Below are positions 10,660 through 20,592 of a stretch of 20,592 bases of DNA, one piece after another (position 1 is the first letter of the stretch; each line of letters starts with the position of its first letter). The stretch lies in NCBI RefSeq assembly GCF_006345805.1, contig NW_021823965.1, forward strand, positions 1-20,592, read 5' to 3'. The position numbers and the translations under genes are program-made. The notes under the pieces were generated by a model that saw only the letters and a list, made by a program, of their open reading frames with translations, did not search any database and had not been told where the DNA came from. Source of the DNA: Octopus sinensis (lineage: Eukaryota).

Positions 10660-10968
10660 GGTGTTTTTTGTGGTTTGGGCATTAGACTAACGATCAATGA
10701 GTGAGATTCTCTCGGCGGCGCGTTGTGTCCTTGATTAAGACATTTTATTTCACCTTTTCAAATCCATGCAGTTGGCACAAAATGAGTTGCGCCTGTATTT
10801 CAAAGAGGCAGCCCTATCACATTCTGTGTCACATTGGATCTCCCCGGGAACTTAGTCAAAGGTACTTGTGTCTGTGGAGTGCTCAGCCTCTTGCTTGTTA
10901 ATTTCGCGAACAAGCGTTTCCTTTGGCTGGATCAACTGGTGCACACGTTGTGGTAACCGACAGAGCGC
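10660..10968 (+). mobile_element. tRNA-derived SINE fam3 (single copy in window)
   Basis: Degenerate tRNA-like head, then cggcggcgcgttgtgtccttgattaagacattttatttc and gtgtctgtggagtgctcagcc..ggatcaactgg..gtaaccgacagagcg. Recognised from memory of octopus repeats; no second copy here to confirm. Confidence 0.6.
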
Positions 10969-12267
10969 TTGTACCTATAGGACGAAAAGCTGAACGATTG
11001 CCAAAATCAATGGGGCAGAAAACAGAATGCATTTTCGTATTGTCATCATATTTTACATCCCCCGTTCAAATCTTGCATGAATTGGCATCGCATTCATAAA
11101 TTCCAATAATGACAAAGTAAACCCTCCATTAATTTTCAGACTCAATTTTATCAAATACAGTAAACCTTCAATTAACACGGGTTTTACGTTCCAAAACACC
11201 CTGTGATGGGTAACAATCATCGAAGCAGAAACGGTACATTACATAATATTTATTTCTATTTCTATAATTTGTGTATATATATTTGATAATAAAAGCTAAG
11301 CAACACCACGGAAGATTCGACGTAAGCTTAAATAATAAACTGCGAGAGATGAACCATTAAAGGTGAACCGCGATATCGCGAGGGATTACTGCATACCATC
11401 CCCGTAAACATGTTAGCAATAACAATTTCACTAACATCATATGGTTTGATAAATATTTCTAAACCAATTATATCATTCTTTCGCCACTTTGAAAGATATA
11501 TGCCGCCATCCTGTTTGTCTCTAGTACATTTTGTGTCGTAATTATAAATAATTTATAAGTATATATTCCAAAGACTGTATATATGTAATGTAGCATTTTG
11601 TAACAACCAATAATTAACGCATCCAAACTTTTACATGTTACATTTTTTCCCAAAGAGTGAAACCGGTAAAGTAAATAAAGTAAAATAAAATTGCATTTTC
11701 AAACCTTCTTTCGTATATAATTCCACTCGTGCGGTACCCTACGACTCCACTTTGTTATATATATATATATATCCATGTTTCTATAGGATTTTAAACTAAA
11801 CGCACGAACGGCGGTGGATCTCAAAACCGTTTGAGTAGAAGACAAAATGAAGATTCGTATTTACTGATGATCCTTTATATACTGCGTTCAAACACTGGTT
11901 TCAACGCGCATTTTAAAAATAAATTCCATCAGTGTTGGATTAAAAACATCCTTCAATTACAATGTAATCGTATACTCCATCCCTATGGATTTGTCTCCTA
12001 GATATATGTAAATAAAAAATATCATGAAGTATGCACGTAGCTTTTGCTTTACCCCACTACCAGCCAATGACATCAGACACCAAATCTTCATGCCCTCGTC
12101 CGTGAGAGGATCCATTACAAAAAAAACCGCAACTCAATAACGAAATCGAAGAGAGCTTATCTTCATTACACAGGAAAATAACTAGAGATGATGATAGGAA
12201 GGGAATCCAACAAGATCTGGAAAAGTCGTAGGTGAAAGAATTTGAAATGAAGACACGCCGGATTAAG

Positions 12268-12406
12268 AAGTTTCTGTCTACCAAATCCACTCAAGGCTTT
12301 GGTCGGCCAGAAGCTATAGAAAACACATGTCAAAGGTGCCAGGCAGTGGGACTGAACCCGGAACCTTGTAGTTGGTAAGCAAGCCACTTACCTCGCATCC
12401 ACTCCT
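12268..12406 (-). mobile_element. fam1 SINE 5' half
   Basis: Reverse complement reads ggagtggatgcgaggtaag..gggttcagtcccactgcctggcacc..gagtggatttggtagacagaaact; matches 14770-14911. Confidence 0.85.
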
Positions 12407-12440
12407 ACACACACACACGCGCGCGCGTGTACACACACAC

Positions 12441-12488
<48 letters not shown>

Positions 12489-12500
12489 TATATATATACA
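12406..12500. repeat. (CA)n(CG)n(TA)n alternating purine-pyrimidine tract
   Basis: Uninterrupted purine-pyrimidine alternation 12406-12481. Confidence 0.95.
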
Positions 12501-14502
12501 CAAGCACAAGCATCACAAATGTCACTATATGCGGCCAGGTTGTTAGGAAACACTTACGTTGCTAGAAATAAGAGCTAAACCGCTCTTATGCTGTAGATAG
12601 TATATATGCCTTCATTCATGTGCACTAACAGGTACCATAATCGTCCGAAAAGTGCCGATCGAAAATTCTTGATACTGGCGCGTAGTTTCGGCATTTTCCT
12701 TTGCCTCATCAATTAAGACATCTCGACTTCGGCTGCTTCCAGACTCGCTTTGCCTCATGAGGCTTAAAAATCCTGATGCATGTCACTTCGGTTCACCTTT
12801 GTCATCTAGGCATGTAAGTCTAGCCATTCCCTTTTTTTTTTTTTTTCATTGTTAAATTTGGTCTGAATAACGGTTTCACACTTCTTTGATGTTAGAATAG
12901 AAATATATTTTACAGGGTAACGAGTAGGGCACCCTTTGACGAAGATTATTCAACAGAATTAATATCATTATTGTATTCTCACGGGCTCTCTATATACAGG
13001 ACACAAACATATAACTACCGAAAATTAAGAAGCAATTAAAATTCTATTCGAAAAGTTATAGAATTATGTGTCTCTAATTAATTGAAACTGCATCGATGAA
13101 TTGTAAAATCTGACGTTTGAGTGCTTAAAATTATATGCAGCAATTATTCAAGTCTTTTCACGATAAAAGCAATAATAACAATGGTACTCGACCAGACATG
13201 GAGAGGGAGATGCATGAGGTGAATACGGTTTATGTCACTGATCGATACATATTTTATTGATCCTTATGAAAGGTAAGTAGATTCGATGTAGATGCTTATC
13301 CCCCAAGTAATCGCTAATTGAATCGAATTGTGATCGGAAGGTTTGTATGCTACGATTCACTATTTATTTGTTTATCTTTTTTTTTCTTACTGTCAATGAG
13401 TATCTTCTGGCATACGTTATCCTCTTTGCCAGTTGGCATTTTAAGAAGGTTGAGAATGATTTTGGCCATATTTGACCATTATTTGCAGTATTTTGATTTA
13501 TACCCGTGCGTACATATCTAGGAACACATGACACGCATTCATATAAACATATATATGATAGATCGTTAGCCACTACACACATTTTTTTCTCTCCCTGTTT
13601 CTCTCCTTGTTTTTTTCTGTGTATCTTTCTGTAGAAGAGCCTAGGCTCGAAACGTAAAAGACTTTTTCTATTCCTGAGCGTTATACTAATACACCTGTTT
13701 GTTTTGTGACCAACGATATATAGCAACATCGAATAGTCTGTTCGATATCACATTGTGTGTGTGTGTGTGTATGTATGTGTGTGTGCGGGCGCGTAGGCGT
13801 TCCAACATCCTCCAGCATTTCTCTGTGGAACTGTTGTAAACAAATCTTCATATCCGTTTGTTATTCTTTTAGCTCTTACTAATATAAATAAGGTTGTTTT
13901 GGCATGGTTCTAGTTCTCTCACGTTCTTTTTCTCTCCCAACAGAACATACATTGAATTACTATTTAAGTCTATCATAAACTTCAGCCTAAGTGCATGCGC
14001 TAGGCCAATTTGGCGGCTGGTCAAAGTCTTTGATTTGTTTATATTTCCTTCTTAACCTGCTATTGTGTCTTTATGTCTTTTCTTTCTCTCATTTCTTTAT
14101 TTCCCCGTAAAGCTATGCCGTAACAAAGTCGAGTAATTTCGATATTGCTGTTACTTTTCTTATTGCTTTTATCTTTTCTTACGAAATTTATATATCGTCT
14201 CACAATGTAAACGTATTCAATGTGTTAACGAGCATTATATTTTTAATCCACACCCCCAATTCTTTCCTTGTGTCTCCATATTCACCTCTCCTTTCCGATG
14301 TACTCCCACTACCTTCCTTTCATACGTATCTGTTCAATTGTGTCTTGACTTCGTTCATTTTTGAAATTATTCTTCTATCTGCTCCACAAGTTTCTAGGTC
14401 CGAAGAAATTTTTCGTCTCGCTCTACTCCCCGAAGCCTCAAGTTTCAAATTCCTACTTTTCTAAAGTCGTAGGACAATTTACGGTTTAAGTTAACTGCTA
14501 TA

Positions 14503-14711
14503 CTCTCTTTTACTCTTTTACTTGTTTCAGTCATTTGACTTCGACCATGCTGGATCACCGCCTTTAGTCGAGTAGATCGACCCCAGGACTTATTCTTTGT
14601 ATGCCTAATACTTACTTTATCGGTCTCTTTTGCCAAACCGCTGAGTTACGGGAACGTAAACACACCAGCATCGGTTGTCCAGCGATATTGAGGGGGGAGG
14701 GTCAAACACTG

Positions 14712-14747
<36 letters not shown>

Positions 14748-14911
14748 TTTTTCACATATATATGACGGGCTTCTTTCAGTTTCCGTCTACCAAATCCACT
14801 CATAGGCTTTGGTCGGCCCAATACACTTGCCCAAGGTGTCACGCAGTCGGACCAAACCCGGAACCATGTGGCCGGTAAGGAAGTTACTTACCACACAGCC
14901 AATCGTACGCC
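14503..14911 (-). mobile_element. fam1 SINE, best-preserved full-length copy
   Basis: A-box-like tggctgtgtggtaag, degenerate B box, ccttgggcaagtgt segment, short central (TA)(TG) tract, 3' body ending aaacaagtaaaagagtaaaagagag. Confidence 0.92.
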
Positions 14912-15294
14912 TGTTTATGTACAGTTCATGTTTATCTACGTGAATCAGAAGCATTTTCACAGGTTATATTTTATCGTGGATTTACTTGCATTGTGTTACC
15001 TGTAACAGTGAATCCCAACTTTGTATGTCCTGGATATGTCTTCAATCTTACACCGATAGTGGAACCATTGCTGCAAGATCTACGTCTTTGAGGAGTGTGG
15101 AAACACATCCACTATCGTTCCAAGGTCAAATCGGGGCAGAATTGATAGCACCTGTCAGGGACTCAGTTATGTTTTAATTAGCATGTTACTGAAGCAACGT
15201 CAAGCACAAACCATCAATGGCTTTCAAGTACTTTGGGCAGGTAAATGCTGGTGTATCAATCTCGTTGACAAATCAAGGAGTGAAGTCATGTATG

Positions 15295-15485
15295 TTTTTC
15301 TCTGTATGTGTGTGTGTCACACTAGCGCTGGTTTCTTTATGTCCCCGAAACTTAGCGATATGGCAAAAGTGAGAAATCAAATACGACCCGTCTTTACAGA
15401 TGCAGGTTATTTGTCGATTAAACCCATCAAAGTGCCCTGTCATAACCGCGAAGCAATTCTTCGAAGAAGTAAAAGCAAAGAACCC
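15295..15485 (+). mobile_element. fam1 SINE 3' half, diverged
   Basis: tttatgtccccgaaacttagcgatatggcaaaag and gtcgattaaa..aaagtg..aaccgc..aagtaaaagc follow the order of 3608-3760. Confidence 0.6.
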
Positions 15486-15780
15486 TAAAATTGATAAATT
15501 TTACTGTTTCTACACAATGTGTTTGAAATTATTATGATAAATATATCGGTAGCAGCAGGTGAAAGTGGTTCTTTGAGTACATCCTACTTTGGTTGTAAAT
15601 TTTTATATCAATTTGCTGCTTGTATGAAATGCCTTCTGCTTCTAAATTTAAAATTTATCTCGTGACATTTTTTTCTGATCCATTGTCACAGACTATTCTA
15701 TATATGATATTTAGTTCATACTTGGTGTCTTGTTTTATAATCTGCTATCTTCACAGCAGTGTAGAACACTATCTATCTCT

Positions 15781-15781
15781 C

Positions 15782-15816
<35 letters not shown>

Positions 15817-15850
15817 ATATATTATATATATATATATATACGCGCGCGCG
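15781..15850. repeat. (TA)n followed by (CG)5
   Basis: Seen directly, just upstream of the mariner remnant. Confidence 0.95.
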
Positions 15851-16034
15851 CATTCGGTCATCGCACAGATAATGCAGTTGATTTAATTGCATGAAATAAA
15901 GGTCGGGGGAGAAGGGGATAAAATGCCTGCATCAACTTGCTATAAGAGTAGGTAGTAATTTTAACGTGCATTTATTCTTAGTGCAAATTTTGAAAAGTGC
16001 AGTTCGATTTTAACAACTATTTTTTAAAGCTATA

Positions 16035-16360
16035 ATGGAAGTGACAAAAGAGCATATTCCGCATATTTTGCCTTATGATTTCAATAAAGGCCAGAACGCA
16101 AAGAATATTGAAAGAAAAGTTATTGCATTATATGGGGATCGTACAAGAAACGTAAACGAGTGTGAAGGGTGGTTCCAAAAATTCCAAGCCTGCAACTACA
16201 ACCTAGAAGACGAGCCTCGTCCTGGAAGATCTGTAGAGCTCGACAAGGATGTCCTGCAAAACCTGGCGGAACAAAATCCCCTTATAACTATTAAAGAACT
16301 AGCAGAGAAGCCTGGATTTGGTTATTCAAACAGTCATTCAAGTCAGCGGTGGGTGGAAAA
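16035..16360 (+). pseudogene. Mariner (Tc1/mariner) transposase N-terminal fragment; DNA-binding HTH region only
   Basis: MEVTKEHIPHILPYDFNKG..IALYGD..CEGWFQKFQACNYNLEDEPRPGRS..L..NP..TIKELAEK has the Mos1/SETMAR-type paired HTH pattern (WF.KF..G...LED.PR.GR). Homology ends at a degenerate WVPHEL-position motif (QRWVEN); no DD34D catalytic domain follows. Confidence 0.9.
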
Positions 16361-16884
16361 TGAGTATCTGTGTTCACCATATCGTATCGAAAGGTTCACG
16401 GATCCACAAATACTTAGATATACACGTTTTCCTTGATTCTCGCATCTGCGAAAGTTTACAGATTTTAATGTAATTTGAGCTTTAATAAAAAAGATAAGTG
16501 GGAAAAAAATGATAAACCAGAATAAATGAGATTTAATGTAATTTTAATTAGGGAATTAATTCTTTAGGAGATATGTAATACCAATTTGAGAGATAGTTTT
16601 GTATGGAGTGGTTGAAATTCGGTATCTCGGAATTAAATAGCAGGTGAAGTGAATCCCATAATAGAAAGATTTGGCGGTTTAGAGAATTTAATTCAATTAG
16701 GGTAAGATAAAATATTCGTACGAGTAATGAATCTAATGAAATACTTACATACCACCTCCCCCCACACCAGCGCAGATATATATATGTCAGATACAATGCT
16801 TCACTCATTGTACTGTGTTCATGCTGGTGCACAACCTTGGAACCTAGTAGTTATCCTACGGAGGGGAATTAGACAGACTAGCAC

Positions 16885-17016
16885 CTGTGTGTGTATGTGT
16901 GTCTCTGTATGTGTCTCTGTGTGTGTCTCTGTGTGTGTCTCCTTGTGTGTGTCTCCGTGTGTGTGTGTCCGTGTGTGTGTGTCCGTGTGTGTGTATGTGT
17001 GTGTCTCCGTGTGTCT
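16885..17016. repeat. (TG)n with TCTC/TCC interruptions
   Basis: Units such as gtgtgtctct and gtgtgtgtcc, seen directly. Confidence 0.9.
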
Positions 17017-18733
17017 GTTTAAAAATATTTGTCACCGTTTAAGCGAATCCGTTTTCACTTTTCTTTTCTAACAATGACGTGTTTAAAAATTCCTGCCTTC
17101 TAAAAACACATTTCAAAAGATTAACTTTCTCTGGTTGGTGGACACTGAAAGCATTATTTGCTTAAATACATGTGGCCTCTATACCAAACACTGAAAGCAT
17201 TTTCCCTACAATATATGACAATTAAACAATTAAAAACACCGTGCCTTTTCGTTCCTATAATATAAACCAGTGGAATGCTTGTATTTGTGATTGGCAAGCA
17301 AACATCATACATGCACTTAAAATCTTTATTTATCGAAGCAAATCAGGAATACTAACTTCTCAGTTGTATCAAATATTAATAAAATAAAGGAGAAACCCAA
17401 GTGGCCTAAATGTATAGTCTACATTTTTTTTATCATCGTATATTGTGATGTTCTTGTTGGGTTGGGAATTGAAACCTGAGTGGTCCCATTTTCTGAGGAA
17501 AAATCAGCTGGGGACTGTATTATTTCGTATTATACCATAGCGAATAATAAAATACTTGTCGGTAACAACTTATATATTTTTAAAATGTACTTAGTTACCT
17601 TACTCCATTAGAAGTACATTGATTTGTCGAGAAAGGTTGGAAATTCAATTAGATTTTATCAGTTTTATATTAGATCTTGACTAATATAAAACAAAGACAA
17701 TACGGATTCCAAAAGCATATCATATCCACATGTCTCAGAAAGTGTAAAACCGATGATTAGAGATATAACTGCACAAAGCTAAAAGGAAATTCGGAAAAGT
17801 TACAAAACAAAAAAATAAAATAAAATACATCAAAGTCATGCTCTTTTCGAAAATAAAACTATGAAAATATTTCTTTCTGCATATAAACGAATACATGCCA
17901 GTTGCATGAGGTACGTTTCAGGATTTTCATAAAAGGAAAAGAAAACAATATATCATTCAAAACGAGAAGAATCTTTTAAAAAAAAAAAAAAAAAAAAAAT
18001 CAAGGTTAAAGTTTGGAGATATAATTAAAGTGCTGTAACCCTGGAGGATCATTCCCACGGACCGTTTGTATATTACTTCGATCAGACTTATCCCTGAAGA
18101 ACATCGAGTGCCGATTTGGGCGAACAACTTGAATCCTTATGACGTTATAATTATCCGGGTTTGTTAAACACTAACTCAGTGTCACCACAGATTTATATTT
18201 AAACGGAAAGGACAGTTCAAACGTAAAATAAATGTGATAGAGAGTAGATTCTTGGTACACTTAAATTATCCTCGCTTTCAAAGGAATGTAAGAAACGGCT
18301 TCTTGGTAATTAGTTATGGCTGAAAAAAAATTTATAACGTGTAAATTATTTTGCATGTGTCTCTGTAAAACCTCTAATTTTGTTTCTTAGCGTGTTGTAT
18401 ATCTCCTACAAATATCGGAAGTTTCTTATAATGTTTTTCAGACAAGAAATGAAGAGCAAGACAAAACAAAGTAATGACATATAATATGAAAATAATAGCA
18501 ACATAATATATATATATATATATATTAGATAAGTAGATTCAATGTTTCAGCTATGCTGTAAGACATCCCTGGATCCTGGATATTTTCTCCATCCAATAAT
18601 CGATATAGCTTCGAATATCTTTATAATACTTCCGACCGTATTTTTCTAAGGTGATTAATACATTTTATTCCTGGCTATTGGTATCTGTGATTTTGAGGTC
18701 AATATGACACGACTATTACACGTCGACACTCAC

Positions 18734-18747
18734 CGATTACAGTTTGA
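18734..18747 (-). other. Candidate 14-nt microexon (TCAAACTGTAATCG)
   Basis: Minus strand: branch-like GCTAAC (A at 18795), AG-free pyrimidine-rich tract to CAG, donor GTGAGT. Signals only; no transcript evidence. Confidence 0.25.
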
Positions 18748-18926
18748 CTGGTAAAGAATGAAGAGAGCAGACGGTCGAAAACAAGGCATAGGGGTTAGCG
18801 GGACAAGCTACAATTGGTTGAAATATCCTTTCGTCTATTATGTTTGACGCTTAATTCCGGTCAACGCCTTACCATTTGTATAAATGATCGCAGATATTCC
18901 ACTCCTGAAACATGTACTATATTTTG

Positions 18927-18962
<36 letters not shown>

Positions 18963-19284
18963 CGTATATACAGAGGGAGAGAGAGAGTGTGAGCAAGTGA
19001 GTGTGTGTGATATGTAGATAGATAGAAAGGTGAGGAGTTTCTGAAAAGGTCCTGCTTAATTTTATCATAGAAGGCCTGTTTGGAGGCCCAAAATTCCGAG
19101 CTTTTTTACAGCGTTTAGAAAATCTGAAAGACGGTGCAATAAGTGTGTGAATCTGACAGGAAGACATTTTGAATAACATCGTAATTAACTGTTCGTCTTG
19201 TATTTTCTTTTATGCAAAGCCCAAAACTTTTTAGCATCATTTCGTATTCATACATACATGCATACGAAATTTCTGCCTTGCAAC

Positions 19285-19378
19285 AATTAAATACTAGCTG
19301 CGTACTAGGGTCGATCTAATCGACTGGCCCCCTTCCCCAAAATTTTGGTCTTTGTACCTAGATTAGAAAAGAATATTT
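19285..19378 (+). mobile_element. fam2 SINE 3' tail fragment
   Basis: gggtcgatctaatcgactggcccccttccccaaaattttggtctttgtacctagattagaaaagaatatt matches the reverse complement of 4708-4790. Confidence 0.8.
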
Positions 19379-19384
19379 TAAAAT

Positions 19385-19724
19385 CGGTGAGCTGGCAGAA
19401 TTGTTAGCACGCAGGGTTAAATGCTTACCGGTATTTCCTCTACCGATACGCTCTGAGTTCAAATTCCGCCATGGTCGTCTTTGCCTTTCGTCCTTTCTGG
19501 CTCAATTACATAAGTACCAGTTAGGCACTGGGGTCGATATAATCGACTTAATCCGTTTGTCTGTCCTTGTTTGTCCTATCTGTGTTTAGCCCCTTGTGGG
19601 TAGTAAAGAAATAGGTATTTCCTCTACCGCTACGTTCTGAATTCAAATTTCGCCGAGTCGTCTTTCGTCCTTCGGAGTCGATAAATTAAGCACCAGTTGC
19701 GTGCTGGGGTTCGATCATATCGAC
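19385..19724 (+). mobile_element. fam2 SINE, dimeric copy lacking its 3' tail
   Basis: A box gagctggcagaattgttagc, B box gagttcaaattcc, spacer gtctgtccttgtttgtcc..gccccttgtgggtagtaaagaaat, second monomer with gaattcaaatttc. Confidence 0.92.
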
Positions 19725-20225
19725 ATTGTATCACTAACTGTAAGTCTTTTTTTATTTTATCACTTCCTTATATAGAACCTTGAAACAAATACGTTCTGCA
19801 TGAATAGATATCATCCTTATAGCTATGAAATATTTATTCATCTAATTAATTTAATAGCATATTCCCGTAATTGACTTTAAACCTTCCATTTAATGCTGGT
19901 TTCAGTGAGATTGATAGCTACCGTGAAAACGTTATATGTAAAAGCATTGGCTGATGATTTTTGCGTAATTCCCGTTTCTTCCGATTATGCTCTTCCATAT
20001 CTTTTTACGTCCTCTATTCAAACAGCGTCACACATCTTAAGAGACTCTTTACATCTGCTGTAGAAGGTTAGAAGCTATCAACAATATCTTTAGGCCTAAC
20101 CTCCAGCAACTCTTCTCGTCCAGAGATTGGGTTTATTGCAAATGCTATAATTCAGTATGAGACTTGCGTAAGTGCCTCTAAGCTTCTACTGTATCGATGT
20201 CTCCGTGTATGTCTGCGATATAATT

Positions 20226-20281
20226 CACACACACACAAACATATATTGTGTGTTTTATCTCTGTCTCTCTCTCATATACAT

Positions 20282-20328
<47 letters not shown>

Positions 20329-20342
20329 GTGTGTGTGTATGT
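20226..20342. repeat. (CA)n/(CT)n/(TA)n/(TG)n compound microsatellite
   Basis: Seen directly. Confidence 0.9.
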
Positions 20343-20592
20343 AAGCACACTCACACACTCCTCAGCACGATTGAAGATGAGGGCAAATATAATTAGCCTC
20401 GGTGTCATTTGTAATAGTCAGGGAAATCAATATACCGATAAATCTATAACTATGGATTAATCGATACGGCGATAGAAAGCTTCATAGATATATGCAGTAA
20501 TATATTATCAGACACACAGGCGCACAAACTCAGATTGACGTTCACCACACGTATCCGTACACACAAGCATATACCCATATCGTGTGGTGTAT

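Noticed and set aside
11369-11380. Perfect 12-bp palindrome cgcgatatcgcg
   Set aside because: Isolated and short; compatible with chance in 20 kb.
12632-12813. Plus-strand exon candidate ending CAT|gtaagt, and the opposite-strand ORF MRQSESGSS...
   Set aside because: All frames from the best acceptor close; alternative acceptors are weak; no homology recognised.
13580-13709. Strong plus-strand acceptor followed by KSLGSKRKRLFLFLSVILIHLFVL* (tail-anchor-like)
   Set aside because: No upstream exon or homology; hydrophobic reads are common in T-rich DNA.
14820-14911. SINE heads as genuine tRNA genes
   Set aside because: A- and B-box-like motifs only; I could not form a cloverleaf, and they continue into SINE body.
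15182-15240. 59-nt plus-strand exon candidate (ttaattag|...GGCAG|gtaaat)
   Set aside because: Weak tract, unrecognisable peptide in either open frame, and no partner exons.
17142-17201. acactgaaagcatt repeated 46 bp apart
   Set aside because: Ordinary small decayed local duplication with no further structure.
17978-17999. A22 run as a retrocopy tail
   Set aside because: No upstream element or TSD recognised.

Overview
Eukaryotic, AT-rich, repeat-dense non-coding DNA (intron or intergenic). The repeat content resembles what I recall from Octopus/coleoid cephalopod genomes; this is recognition from memory, not a database search. I find no confident intact protein-coding gene, no bacterial or phage features and no CRISPR array. 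Most ORFs in the supplied track are microsatellite translation artefacts. The window holds about 17 copies or fragments of tRNA-derived SINEs from three families (my labels fam1, fam2, fam3), many compound micro- and minisatellites, and one truncated mariner transposase pseudogene (16035-16360). The best unexplained structure is a near-perfect 77-bp-arm hairpin (4922-5087) inside a single TSD-flanked SINE, apparently made by fold-back template switching that removed the element's B box. Other observations: an invariant GTCGA-N5-TCGAC stem shared by two SINE families, monomer and dimer forms of fam2, an inverted trinucleotide repeat with mirrored interruptions, and a candidate 14-nt microexon on the minus strand. 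I see no evidence for a new multi-gene system.
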